Source: the human T2T-CHM13v2.0 reference genome, Homo sapiens. From it: a DNA stretch of 64,000 nt. This document shows positions 25,433 through 39,291 of this stretch, one piece after another (within the stretch, counting starts at the first letter, position 1; each line of letters begins with the position of its first letter). The notes beneath the pieces were generated by a model that was not told where the DNA came from, ran no database searches, and saw only the letters and a list, made by a program, of their open reading frames with translations. The DNA lies in assembly GCF_009914755.1 (NCBI RefSeq), contig NC_060931.1. One strand, written 5' to 3'. Both the position numbers and the translations under genes were made by a program.

Positions 25433-27612
25433 GGAATATAATAAAAGGATCATGAGTCATAATGAAAATGAATAAAATAAAATCACTTTTTAAAGATGCT
25501 ACCCTATCAATTTTAACTTTTAGAGTCTAAAATTTATCATAAGACTTCAAAAAATTAGCTAGGTTTTTTTTGTTGAAAACAAATGCATAATATAGTCCAG
25601 AAACATTTTAAAATGTGGGAATCATACATGTGTAAAATTTGCATGCTATTTTTATTAAAGCAAAATATTGAGAGATCATGATGTTAACAACATGAATTAA
25701 CAAGCATGAAAAAAGTATAGAAAAAGTATCTATTTAAAAAGCACACTTCATTCCTGTGCGGTGAAAAGAAAATAATTCAAAAAAAGGCATTAGCTTGCCT
25801 TAATTAAAATGAAATAAACCAATCTAGGATTATTAATATGGAACCAATGCAGTTGTTGAAATATAACTGAGTAAAATAAGCATTTATTTGGAGGATAATA
25901 TAAGGTGTATATGAATGCAGAAGTATGAGATAAGTTAACAGAACACTAAATAATCAAGGAAGTAGGCAGAAAACTGAAATGAGAATGTTATTTTAGAAAG
26001 AGGGCAGAAAAAATCTGTAATGAAGAGCATCAGTGAAGGAGGACATACAGGATCTTAAACTGATAGAACAACGGTTGAGTAGATATTAGGGAGAGAGGAA
26101 AGTTAGGGAAGTCAATGTTTCAAGCCTGTGCAACGGGATAAATTTTGCTAAGTTTCCAGAGAAGAATCATTTTTATGAGATAATATTTCACTTCATATTT
26201 TACATGAACAGTTGGGTTTGAGTTGCAAATTTTCTGCCTAACAGCAAGTAATAATTATGCCTTATAAGCCAAAGGTCATGTAAAACACAAATACAGAAGA
26301 CATTTTCTATGTCTACCTATTAAGAATTAGAAGAATGGACTTATTTAAAAGAGATGATGACAAAATACAAGTTAAAATAAGACAATATAAGATTTCAAAT
26401 TGTTAGGAGAATATAAGAAAGAGAATGTCATCGGGTGGTAAAATTTTAAGGTACATGATATTTTAAAAAGTTAATAAAGAGTTAAGTAAAAGAAATAATC
26501 ACAGAAAAAATAAAACACCTTATCTTTGGCAAACCATTACAAATGCTTTGGCTTTCTCAATGACACCATATGGAGATGATAATCATAGTGAAATACTAAG
26601 ACTCAGGTGACCTTCATGAAATTCTTCTTCAGCAGATACGAACATATACCAAAGTTAGATCCATTTTGGTTATTTGGTGGAATGGATATTTCACCTAATG
26701 AAGCTGGAATATTTCCATATGTGTTCCATATTTTAGAGCTTTCTTGAAGAAAAACAATGATTATAAATGTTAAAATTCCCTTAGAATGGTCACTTGAAAA
26801 CAAAATGTAGTTTTTTAAGACTGGTGTCAAATTAATTTCACCAGATTTGCTCTGCACAGTAAGAGCTGCACTGTTACAATATTTCAAGTTAAAAATTACT
26901 CTCAAAGTTTTCTCAAGTTCAACTTTAATATATTTAATGTATTTGAAATGTTTAGTTTCATTTATACTTTAATATTGGAATTAAATTAAAATTTTGAAGC
27001 TCATATTAATCATTTAAATGAGAAAAATACTGAAGGACACATTCATTTAAAAAATATTTTAACTTACCACTAACTTGTTATTCATTATTAGCTCTATGTC
27101 TCCATTATTAAGATACAAGTCAGAATACTGTGAAATCAACTTGACAAATCTGGAAAATGTTTAGTCTGAAAGGCTGAAATTTTCTAGGTCATAGCTCTTC
27201 ATATGAGATTAAAACATCTTATAAGTATCAGGAAATTCTGCTATTTCACAGACATGCAATTCAAGATTAAATGTACCTTTAAGGTACATTCACTCTGAAA
27301 AATGGTTTGGCAGTTTCTTATAAAGTTACACACTTACTATAAAATCCAGTAATTCCACTCTTAGGTATTTACCAAAGATAAATGAAGCTTATCATAAAAC
27401 AAAAATCTTTACACAAAGTTTATAGTGGCTTATTCATTATTGTCTAAACCAAAAAAAAAAACTTCCATGGGTGAACAAATAAACAAATTGTGATATATCC
27501 ATACTTAGCAAAGAAAAGCAGCAAAATACTGAAACATATAATAGCTATGATAAATCTCAAATATATTACGCTAAGTGAAATAGCCAGATTCAAAAGGTTA
27601 CATCCTAGATGA

Positions 27613-29983
27613 TGTATTACTCTGTTCTCACACTGCTATAAAGACATACCTGAGGCAGGGTAATTTATGGAGAAAAGATATTTGTTTGACTTACAGCTCC
27701 ACAGACTGTTCAAGAGGCATAGCTGAGGAAGCCTCAGGAAACTTACAATCATGGTGGAAGGCAAAGCAGAAGCAGACATGTGTCCATAGCAGGAGCCGGA
27801 AGAAGAGACATAAGGGGAAGGTGACACATGCTTTACAACAACCAGATCTCATGAGAACTCTATCACAAGAACAGCAAGGGGGAAATCCGCCCCCGTGATC
27901 CAATCACCTCCCACCAGGCCCCTCTTCCAATACTGAAAATTACAACTCAGCATGAGATTAGGATGGGGACACAGAGCCAAACTATATTCTAACCCCGGCC
28001 CCTCCCAAGTCTCATGTCCTCACATTTCAAAACACAATCATGCCTTCCCAACAATCATTCAAAGTCTTAACTCACTCCAGCATTAACTCAAAAGTCTGAG
28101 TCCAAAGTCTCATCTGAGACAAGTCAAGTTCCTTCCATCTACGAGCCTGTAAAGTCAAAAACAAGTTAGTTACTTACAACATACAATGAAGGTACAGGCA
28201 TTGGATAAATGCTCCCATTCCAAAAGGGAGAAATTGGCCAAAACAAAGGGGCTACAGGCCCCATGCAAGTCTGAAACCCAGCAGGGCAGTCAAATATCTT
28301 AAAGCTCCAAAATAATCTCCTTGGACACCATTTCTAATATCCAGGCCATGTTCATGCAAGGGGTGCACTCCCAAGACCTTGGGCAGCTCCACTTCTGTGG
28401 CTCTGCAGGGTACAGACACCACAGCTGCTTTCATGGGCTGGCATTGAGTGCCTGTGGCTTTTCCAGGTGCACAGTGCAAGCTGTCAGTGGATCTACCATT
28501 CTGGGGTCTGGAGGACAGTGGCCCTTTTTTCATAGCCCTACTAGGTAGTGCCCTAGTGCGAACTCTGTGTGGGAGTTCCAGCTCCACATTTCTCTTAGTA
28601 GAGGTTCTCCATGAGGGGTCTGCCCCTGCAACAGACTTCTGCCTGGACATCCAGGAATTTCCATACATCCTTTGAAATCTATGCAGGTGTTTCCAAGCCT
28701 CAACTCTTGCCCTCTGCACACACACAGGCTTAACACCACATGGAAACATTGGAGGATGCTGACTTGCATCCTCTGGAGCAGTGGCCTGAGCTGTACCTTG
28801 GCCCCTTTTAGTTATGACTAAAGCTGGAGCAGATGGGATGCAGGGTGCCATGTCCTGAGGCTGCACAGAGAAGTGGGACCCTGGGCCTGGCCCATGAAAC
28901 CATTTTTCCCTCATAGGCCTCCAGGCCTTGATAGGAGGGGCTGCCACAAAGGTCTCTGAAATGCTTTGGAGGCATTTTCTCCATTTTCTTGGCTACTAAC
29001 ATTCGGTTCCTCTTTACTTATGCAAATTTCTACAGCCAGCTTACATTTCTTCGAAGAAAATTGTTTTTTTCTTTTCAACCACATGGTCAGGCTACCAGTT
29101 TTCCAAAGTTTCATGCTCTGATTCCCTTTTAAATATAAGTTCCAGTTTCTTAGTTTGTGCATATGAGCATATGGTATTAGAAGCAGCCGGCTCATATCTT
29201 GAATGCTTTGCTCCTTAGAAATTTCTTCTTCCAGATACCCTAAAACATCGCTGTCAAGTTCCAAGTTCCACAGGTTTCTAGAATAGGGACACAACGCCTC
29301 CAATCTCTTTGCTAAAGCATTACAGTGAGCAAAATGTTTGACGATTACTCCCGTTCCCAATAATTTCCTCATGTCGATCTGAAACCACCTCAGCCTGGAC
29401 TTTATTGTCCATATCACTATCAGCATTTTGTTCACAATCATTCAACAAGTCTCTAGGAAGTTCCAAATTTTCCTCATCTTATATCTTCTTCTGGGCTTTC
29501 CAAACTGTTCCAATCTCTTCTTGTTACCCCGTTTCAAAGCTTGTTCCACATTTTCACGTATCTTTATAGCAATGTTCCACTTTTTTGGTACCAATTTTCT
29601 GTATTAGTCCATTCTCTCACTGCTATAAATAACTATTTGAGACTGGGAAGTTTATAAAGAAAAGAGGTTTAATTTACTCATAGTTCCACTGACTATGCAG
29701 GAGGCATGGCTGGGGAGGCCTCAGGAAACATACAATCATCATAGATGGCAAAGAGGAAGCAAGCACATCTTCTCACGAAGATGGCAGAAGGAAGGAGCAG
29801 AAGGAAGAGAGAGAGCAGAGACCACACGCTTTACAACTAGCTCTCCTGAGACCTCTATCACAAGAACAGCAAGCAGAAATCTGCCTCCATTATCTAATCA
29901 CATCTTACCTAGCCCCTTCTCCAACACTGGGACTTACAATTTTATATGAGATTTGGGTGGGGGCACAGAGCCAAACCATATCA
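27613..29983 (-). mobile_element. Full-length MSTA-type MaLR provirus (5' LTR 29600-29983, internal 27988-29599, 3' LTR 27613-27987)
   Basis: Two same-orientation LTRs, MaLR internal sequence (ggtaccaattttc at the 5' LTR junction), TSD GATGA/TATGA. Confidence 0.96.
28252..29470 (-). pseudogene. MaLR internal (gag-related) ORF remnant in overlapping frames
   Basis: ALAKRLEALCPYSRNLWNLEL..GYLEEEISKEQSIQD, EICISKEEPNV..ENASKAFQRP, WRPMREKWFHGPGPG, FQRMYGNSWMSRQK, SSRPQNGRSTDSLHCAPGKA. Confidence 0.85.
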
Positions 29984-30939
29984 TATGACATTCTTAAAAA
30001 GGAAAAGCTGTAGAAACAGAAAACAGATCAAAAGAGAATAGTGATTGTCAGGTGTTAGAGGTGTGTGTAGGGTTGAAACACACAAATGCAAAGTGTGATA
30101 TTTTGCAGTGATGAAAGAGTTGTGTATCTGTATTGTGGTGGTAGGTACAATACTAATTGAATTTTTAAAAACTTAGAGAACTGTACATCAAAGAGAAAGA
30201 ATTTAACTGTATGCCATAAAAGAAAAAAACGTTTTTCTTTGAAATTATTTAATTGACAAAATCTTCTTATAAGAAAAAAGCTACACTTAAAATGTTTACA
30301 TGATATATCAGAGAGTATATAAATTCCCTTCTGTTTTAACAAACTCAACTTAAAATGTTAGTGTATATTAAAATGTTCTCCTGGTTAGTATAGATTTTAA
30401 AACCAGTCAATACAAATTTGTGGTTACTATATCAAGAATAATTACTGTTTTTTAAATAACCATGGTGTGATACAGTAGAGAGCCAATAATTTATATTTTG
30501 AGAGAAATAAATGTATGTTTTAGTTCTGATATGTGGTTATTATATGAAATTTAAAGAATCACTTTGCCTTACTGAGATCTTAATATTTTTTCAAAAAGCA
30601 TATTTTAAAAATTGACCCATTATTTATTTTAAGATGACCTACCAAAATTTATTAGGTGCTGTATTATGTTAATAAATAATATACATTTTACAGGAATCTC
30701 AGAAACTCTTTCTCTATTCCTTTCACCATGAGCAAAAAGTTTGACTTAAGAAAAGGGCAGCAAATTCAATGCAATAACTCCAGTGAAGCCACAGGTAGTG
30801 TGAAATGCTATAAAGGAGGAGGGAAATATAAATATTATACATATATAATATTATAAATATATAACATTTAATATATAGCATATATTAAAGGACTAGAATG
30901 TGGGCATTAATAGATATTTTAATAATTTCTCTTTAACTC

Positions 30940-31326
30940 TTAGAGACAACAGAAGCCATTGGAATAGAAGCATTTCATCATAGGAAGGACAATACTGACT
31001 GATTGATTGATTGTTTTGTCACACTAGTTGTCCTGTTAAGAATAAACTTTAGAGGGGCAAGGGCAAAAATCAGAAAGGCCAGTCAAGAGGCTATTGCAAC
31101 AATTCCAGTGACAGATGGTGACTTGATCAGAAAGGCTTATTAACTGACCAATTACTGAGGGGAAGCTGGAGGGAATGGAGAATGGACAAGTTTTGAAACG
31201 GTCTGTATGGAGTAAGTGCATGATATTGGAAGGAAAGTCATTGACATGGAGAGAATAGAGTAATATAAGGGAAATAAAGACAGGAATTATCATTAAAATA
31301 CTTGATGATTGCACATAGGCAATTTG
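30940..31326 (-). mobile_element. L2 fragment
   Basis: agaagccattgg, ggggcaagggcaaaaatcagaaaggccagtcaagaggctattgcaacaattccagtgacagatggtgacttga. Confidence 0.7.
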
Positions 31327-31365
31327 CAAAAAGGAAGAGTAGGAATACAAAGAATACTAAGAGAA

Positions 31366-32415
31366 ATGCAAATCAAAACCACAATGAGATACCATCTCAC
31401 ACCAGTTAGAATGGCGATCATTAAAAAGTCAGGAAACAACAGGTGCTGGAGAGGATGTGGAGAAATAGGAACACTGTTACACTGTTGGTGGCACGGTAAA
31501 CTAGTTCAACCATTATGGAAGTCAGTGTGGCGATTCCTCAGGGATCTAGAACTAGAAATGCCATTTGAACCAGCCATCCCATTACTGGGTATATATCCAA
31601 AGGATTATAAAACATGCTGCTATAAGGACACATGCACACGTATGTTTATTGTGGCACTATTCACAATAGCAAAGACTTGGAACCAACCCAAATGTCCAAC
31701 AATGATAGACTGGATTAAGAAAATGTGGCACTTGCAAGAACAAAAAACCAAACACCGCATATTCTCACTCATAGGTGGGAATTGAACAATGAGAACACAT
31801 GGACACAGGAAGGGGAACATCACACTCTGGGGACTGCTGTGGGGTGGGTGGAGGGGGGAGGGATAGCATTGGGAGATATACCTAATGCTAGATGACGAGT
31901 TAGTGGGTGCAGTGCACCAGCATGGTACATGTATACATATGTAACTAACCTGCACATTGTGCACATGTACCCTAAAACTTAAAGTATAATAATGATAAAT
32001 TTTAAAAAAATGTTAAAAAAATGTAAAAAAAAAAAGAAAAGAAAATGTGGCACATATACACCATGGAATACTATGCAGCCATAAAAAATTATGAGTTCAT
32101 GTCCTTTGCAGGGACATGGATGAAGCTGGAAACCATCATTCTTAGCAAACTATCGCAGGGACAAAAAACCAAATACCACATGTTCTTACTCATAGGTGGG
32201 AACTGAACAATGAGAACACATGGACACAGGAAGGGGAACATCACACACCAGGGCCTGTTGTGGGGTGGGGGGAGAGGGGAGAGATAGCATTAGGAGATAT
32301 ACCTAATGTTAAATGATGAGTTAATGGGTGCAGCACACCAACATGACACATGTATACATATGTAACAAACCTGCATGTTGTGCACACGTACCCTAAAACT
32401 TAAAGTATATTAAAA
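31366..32415 (+). mobile_element. 5'-truncated L1PA4-like element (host) with 17-bp TSD
   Basis: ORF2 C-terminus ([27 protein letters not shown]), 3'UTR, poly-A; TSD aaagaatactaagagaa at 31349-31365 and 32416-32432. Confidence 0.97.
31732..32038 (+). mobile_element. Young L1PA2/3-type 3' end nested in the L1PA4-like host
   Basis: gcattgggagatatacctaatgctagatgacgagttagtggg; own poly-A; TSD aagaaaatgtggcac at 31717-31731 and 32039-32053. Confidence 0.96.
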
Positions 32416-33247
32416 AAAGAATACTAAGAGAATACTTGCTAGAAGTGCCAAAAACAGGCAAAAATTGATTAATTAATTAATTTTTAAAAAATAAAAAAAA
32501 AAACATCTTCGGAGTGATTACCATTTTGGGAAATCTGCCTACCATCATTAAAATTGACAGACACCCATGGCCACTAACTTAGTTTAGTCAGGTCCAACTG
32601 TCAGAATGACATGACTCCTGTCAGTGTTGCCAGATTTGTGGGATATTGGGGCCAACATAAAATGGTTTTCAAGCTTATTCTGAGAATATAGAAAGTTACC
32701 AAATAAAAAGAGTAGCAAAGTTTGTTTTTCCCTGAAGATTTCATGAGTGAGTGTTACAAAAACTTTTGAATTCTTTGAAAATATACTAAATCATATTCTG
32801 TTCTGTTTGTGAACTGTTTTGAGCCTCTTGGGACCTGTAGGAATTGCTAACAAGCTCTTAAATGTCTCCATTGCACCATATCATTTTTAGAAAGACCAAT
32901 TTGTCTCATCTTTGGGCAATGTGCTATACACAAAATATTTCTGTTTTATGTTTCTTTTCTAATTTGTCTCAGCATAGCCTGTGAACTATTGAAGTTCTTT
33001 GCCCTCCATCAGATAGAAATAAGAAAGCCAAGAAACTAAGTTTCTAACACAAAGTGCAAGGTTTTCCCATAAATTTTAAGTTCTTTTCTGATAAGACGTC
33101 TAGCGAGAAGTGAAGGCTATATACAGCTGTTTACTGTACAACTGTTACAGCTGTACATGATTAGTGTAGAAAATTAAAACGAGTAAAATTTTTGGTATTT
33201 GCAATATATTTTAATTGTATATAACTATGATATTATTGCTTCTATGA

Positions 33248-33496
33248 TTTTTTTAAGATAGGGTCTCACTCTGTCTTCTAGGCGGCAGTGCAGTGGCACA
33301 GTCATGACTCACTATAGCCTTGACCTCTCAGGCTCAAGCCATCTTTCCAAATTAGCTGGCTAACTTTTAAAACTGGTTTATGGAAACAGAGTCTCACTAT
33401 GTTGCCCAGGCCAGTTTGTAACTCCTGTGCTCAAGAATCCTCTTGCCTCAGATTCCAAAATGCTGGAATTCCAGGTGTGAGCCACTGTGCCTGGCC
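33248..33496 (-). mobile_element. AluJ with an internal deletion
   Basis: gggtctcactctgtc, gcctt gacctc, ggctcaagc, gtctcactatgttgcccagg; degenerate TSD tgcttctatgattttt / tacttctatcattttt. Confidence 0.92.
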
Positions 33497-34455
33497 TACT
33501 TCTATCATTTTTCTTTCCCTTTTTAAATTAAACTCTTGGGTTAAAGGTAAAATACAATCCAAAAGTATTTTTTAATAAAAATCATGGATAATGGAGGTAG
33601 TCTATATCAGGACACCTGTAATACATTCAAGAATGTAGCCAGAAAAAGTTTTATAGCCTAAACCCTTTTATGAATAAAAATAAAAATTATAAGTGAATGA
33701 AATTTTCATGTTAAACAAGATGAGAAAAGAAAAACAGATAAAAAATAAAGGAAAGATAAAGCAAAAAATAATATTTGCTTTATCAATTTATCTAAATTGA
33801 GAAACAAATTATATAATTACTAAATAAAAATAATATTTTTTGGTAAAAAATTTTCAAGAGAGACCAATTACTAGCTACCTTAACCGAGGTATATGTATAA
33901 TAAAGGACAAGGAGGAAGTAACCATTGACATGACATACAATGCATTTAAAAAATCCTACAATCTCTCTGCTATATATTTGAAAGATATAATGATAATTTC
34001 CTACAGAAATATAATTTGCCCAAATAGACCCTACTATATGTAAAAAATTTAAATAAGCTAATTTCTCTATTAGGAAAAGAAAAATTTATCACGACACTTC
34101 CTCAAAATCAATCTTATTAAGCCCAGATGATTTCAAGGAAGACTTGTATCAAAATTTCAAAGCCTGGATAGTCCCAATGATTTTGAAATTTTTTGCACCT
34201 TATAAAAAAGAAAATTTCAAAAAATTAAGGAAAATCTAATACTTTTTGTAAAGTAAGCATGGCATTTATACCTAAACCTAATACAGTTAGAAAAGAAAAT
34301 TATGGACAAATATCAGTTATTAATACTGATTGAAATGTAAAAATATTAGTAACAGAATACAACACATCATTAAGAAACTGATACATTTTGATCAAGTGTG
34401 ATTTATTCTGGGAATATGATGTTGATACAATATTAGGAAATCCATTGATATAAAA

Positions 34456-34985
34456 ACCGCATGAATCTTCTGGTTTGATGATTTGCTAGGAGGACTCATA
34501 GTCTTATTCATGGCTATCATATACTACAGTAAAAGGATGCAAAGCATATAAGTAAAGGGAAATGTCATATGTGGCAATGTCCAGTGGAAACCAGCTATGA
34601 AAGTTTCTAGAAGTCCTTTCCCTGTGGAATCATATGGGCTCTGCTTAATTCCCTCAGCAACAACTTTTGACAACATATATGAAATGTTGTCCACCAGGGA
34701 AGCTCATTAGGGATTTAGTGCCTAGGATTTCTATTAGGGGATAGTCATAAGGCACCTTCTGCGTAGCACCTATCAAAATTCCAGACTCCTAGAAGGAAAG
34801 AAAAATGTTAGCATAAACCGCATTGTTTGTACAAGCAGTTTAGGCACAGTGAGCCATTCTTATCCATCAGAGTGATGGTAATCCTTCCAAAATCTAAGTT
34901 CTCAGCACCGGCCAAGCCTAATCTTTTAAACAGGCCTTTTGAAGGATAGAAATCAGGTCTGCTATGTGTTAACTCTTTCTGCACA
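34456..34985 (-). mobile_element. MER68/MER77/MER21-group ERVL solo LTR
   Basis: tgctaggaggactca, ccagggaagctcattag, aaaattccagactcctagaaggaaag, agtttaggcacagtgagcca, tgttaactctttctgcaca. Confidence 0.8.
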
Positions 34986-36674
34986 CCATATTCATACATC
35001 TAAAAGTAAAAATCAGCTATTTTTCCTCTATAGAAGATGGAAAGTCCTTTGCAAAATGTATAATTTATTCCTGAGAGATGAAAAAAAGTACAAAATTGGT
35101 CATTGATGTTTACTTTCTTAACATGATATGGGAATTTTATATAATCTTAGTCCTAGAATCAGTATTTTACTTAATTCAGAAACACTACTTGTATTTCCTA
35201 AGATTTTAAAGAATGTATTGCACTCTTCTTACTAATGTTCAACTTAATAGTAGAGGTTAGCCAATTCCATTAGACATAATGAATCATTTAGAGACATAAG
35301 AATCAGAAACAAAAAGCAAACCTATTTACATGTGCAGATGATAAGGTTTTGTAACTAGAAAACCCTAGAGATTCAGTAATAAAACTAAATTAAAATAAAA
35401 CAATTCAATAGAACAGCAAACATTAAAATAGAATATCTAATACATATACACAAGCAATAACAGGTAATATAATAACACATAAAATCAATATTCAACAATA
35501 ACTATAAAATACTAAGAGATAAGTGTAAGAAGAAATGTGCAAAATCTACATGAAAAAAATTTAAAAGGCCTGAAAAATATAAAATTAAAATTATTAAAAT
35601 GGGAAGAAGTCTTTTACTTTTGTGTAAAATGCTTAAACTTTATAGAATACAGCTTAGCTCCCTATAAGTTAATTTATAATATGACTGCAATCTCTGTAAT
35701 ATGTTAATAAGTTTCTTTACATAATTAGACAAGTTGATACTGAAATTATATGTAAAAATAACATACAAAATAAATATATAAAATATACAAAAGAAAGATA
35801 ATAAACATATAAAAGTATACAAAATGTACAAAAATATACAAGTAAATATACAAAATTAACTTGGAAATACTAAAAAGAAAGTTGTAGTATAGGGGAAGAA
35901 ATTAGCCTTACCCAATATTAAACATACTATATAAAACCTTACAATTAAAACTGTGCATTGGTGCATGCAGACATACAGTGAAATAGGATAAAGAAGTAAT
36001 TATATAACAGAAATAAATGCAAGTAAAAAATAAACTTTAGTTTATGATAAAGGTAGAATCTTAAAACACTGAGATGATGAGGAGATTTGTAATGCATGGC
36101 TCTGGGATAAATCAATCAATCAGTTTGCCATTTTGAAAAAGATATAATTAAATCCCTTCTCACATTATATAAAATAATAATTAAAATAAATGTAGCATTT
36201 ACTCTTTTAAAGAAATCAAAGCATTCCAGGATGAGAGAAAACAGAGATGAATTCCTATATAACCCTATGTAGGTAAAATTCTTCTAAGTCTGAATAAAAT
36301 TTCAGAGGCAATGAAAAAAATTAGTGGAACATTTGACTACATCCCAAAAAAAAGAAAAAAGAAAAGAAAAAGAAAAACTTTGCAAAGCAAAAACACCATA
36401 TAAGAACACCAAAATACAATTGAAAAACTGGGAGAAAATATTTGCAACATTATTTTTACAATAAAAGACTTTCTTAATTAATACAAATTGAGAGGAAAAG
36501 ACTAAAAATTTCATAGAAACATAAGGGCAGAGATGTAAACTGACAACTCACAAAAATATGTCAAAAGCTCTTAGACATATGAACATTTAACTTTTCTTAT
36601 TATAAGGGAAGTATAAATATAAACTGAGATATTATTTATTTTATGCCATTTTAGCCAAGTTTAGATAGAAAGAT

Positions 36675-36696
36675 GAGAGAGAGAGAGAGAGAGAGA
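36675..36696. repeat. (GA)n microsatellite
   Basis: Visible directly in the sequence. Confidence 0.9.
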
Positions 36697-36903
36697 GGCT
36701 GATGGAGGAATTACAGCGCTCTGTGGTGAGGATATGTGGAAAATGCACTCCCATGAACTTTTGAGGAAATGCCAGTTTGCACATTCCTAAAGAAGGATAT
36801 TTGGTTTTATCCAAAAAATCTACATAGTATATTACGGCTAAGCAATTTCACTTCCACAAATCTAAGTAAAAGATAGGATATCACAAATTTAAGCAGAAGA
36901 TAG

Positions 36904-37258
<355 letters not shown>

Positions 37259-38042
37259 CGTGTTTAAACTATTTAAAATATTATAGTTAAAATTAGCTAA
37301 ATGTCAAAACAAGGGAGATTGACTAAATCAGAAATGTATACAGACACAAAAGAGTACTATGTAACTGTAAAAAAAAAGAGAAAATTTTCTTTAAGTTAAT
37401 ATAGTATGATTACATTATAATTGTATATATAATTTTTATATGTAGCAGGCTATTTTTAGGTAAAATAAAAGTATAAAAAACTATACTCTATGTGGTGTTT
37501 AAAAATGGGAGGAGATAATAAAACATTCTGGTGGCTCCTCTAAAATCAAAAGTGGGAATACTAAGCCAGAGAGCAGAGGTGGATGGGAACATAGTGAAAA
37601 TAATAGAATGAAGGGGGTAACATGTCAGTTCTCTGAATATACATTATGGTATGCTTCTGATAATTGGAACCATGTAAATATTTCAGGTATGAGAGAGTGT
37701 GAGAGAACAAAAATAATCAATAATTATGGCAAAGGTACCATAAATAAAATTCAAACAGAAATAGATGAACCAAACTAAATTCAAATAAATAATATGATCA
37801 CCCTGGAATAGCTAATGAACTAACCTAACTAAAGCATGAGGATTACATTTGGACTATATATCCTCAAGCTCAAAACAAACACACTTTTAAACAAATATTA
37901 AAGTCTAGTTAGTAAGATTTTTGCAGAATTTAGGTTAGCATTTCTGAAATTTTTTATTGCACATTCTAAGATTGAGCAAGCAATTAAATATAACATGAAT
38001 AATTAGATCTTATTTCTCACTGTTACGGTCGTATTCTAACAT

Positions 38043-38069
38043 TCTCTCTCTCTCTCTCTCTCTCTCTCT
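38043..38069. repeat. (TC)n microsatellite
   Basis: Visible directly in the sequence. Confidence 0.9.
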
Positions 38070-38334
38070 GATCTCATCTGTTTATTTGAATTCTGTTTGA
38101 ACTTTTGGAATATTTTCTATTTATTTCATGGGATATTATTAGTTCTTTTATAGCATTGCATTTTTTATTATTTCTGTAAAATGTTATCTTTATTTGCCAT
38201 TCCAAGTCTTGTCTTACAGAATCACATTTTTAAAATTAAGAAACTCTCATTTTTAAATTCCAGAAACAAAATTTATCTTTTGTTCATTCTGTTTCATCAA
38301 CACAGCAATGATAATTCCTTCTGCCTGTCTTTCC

Positions 38335-38718
38335 TTTTATTTTTTAAAAAAATTACTTGATAAATAATAATTGTACTTGATGTTTTGATATATATTCATC
38401 ATTTAATGATTATATCAAGCTAAGTAACATATCTAATCACCTATAATACTTATCATTTTTTGTAGTGAGGACATTTAAAATCTACTGTTTCAGTAATTTT
38501 GAAATATACAATATATTATTATTAAGTATTGTCAGCATTCTGTACAATAGATCTCAAAATCTTATTCCTCTTCCTTAAGTGAAATTTCTTACCTTTGATC
38601 AACACCTCCCATGCCCCTACCTGCCAGCCTCTGGTAACCACTATTCTGCTCTCTACTTTTATAAGGTCAACATTTTAAAGTTCACGTGTAAGGGAGATAA
38701 TGAAGTAATTGTATTTCT
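38335..38718 (-). mobile_element. L1MA8/9-like 3' end
   Basis: atcaagctaagtaacatatc, acatttaaaatctact, ctgtacaatagatctc, cagcctctggtaaccactattctgctctctact. Confidence 0.87.
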
Positions 38719-39141
38719 TTTAAACTATTCTGGCCCCTTAACCCACTTGTGAGTTTATCTGAACTTGGTTTCAAAACATGTGAGATCACTTAACAGACAA
38801 GAAACTTAGTATATGAGTGTACTGAGATTAGCAGAGGGAAGAATGTAAAACAGAAAATAAGGAGATTACCATAATTCCTTTGACGAGTTGGGGCATCTCT
38901 TATGAAGAGTACCCAGTGGGGCCTCCATTCTCAAGGCTAGGCAGTAATGAACCTTCAGCAGCTCAGCACTACCAACTCTCTTTTCTGCTGCTGGAATCAA
39001 TGAAATTATTTGATTTTTTCATTGTGCAACAAGTAGGCACAAGCATACTCTCTTTGCTTATTGAACTAGTTGGTATAGTTGAGAAATCAGGGGACTTGAC
39101 AACTTCACTGTGAGTTCCATTGGAGAATTAAAACTATTTCC

Positions 39142-39291
39142 TGTGTGTGATGTTCCCCTTCCTGTCATATACCTAACTCCAAATGACGATTTGATGGGTG
39201 CAGCACACCAACATGGCACATGTATACATATGTAACAAACCTGCACGTTGTGCACACGTACCCTAAAACTTAAAGTATAATAAAAAAAAAC
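39142..39291 (+). mobile_element. Miniature 5'-inverted L1PA 3' end with 12-bp TSD
   Basis: Inverted 23 nt gtgtgtgatgttccccttcctgt, then sense atatacctaa...taaagtataataaaa; TSD aaaactatttcc at 39130-39141 and 39292-39303. Confidence 0.95.

Larger units (their letters stand above)
27281..30230 (+). mobile_element. L1ME1-like 3' portion interrupted by the MSTA provirus
   Basis: gtttggcagtttcttataaagtta, aattccactcttaggtatttacc, ctaagtgaaatagccaga; resumes tatgacattc...aaacagatca...gtatctgtattgtggtggtagg. Confidence 0.8.

Noticed and set aside
28252-29441. 231-aa and 176-aa ORFs as a cellular gene
   Set aside because: They are frameshifted MaLR internal ORF sequence bounded by two LTRs.
35750-35860. 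aatatacaaa-type repeats as a functional array
   Set aside because: Low-complexity expansion within a decayed A-rich L1 strand.
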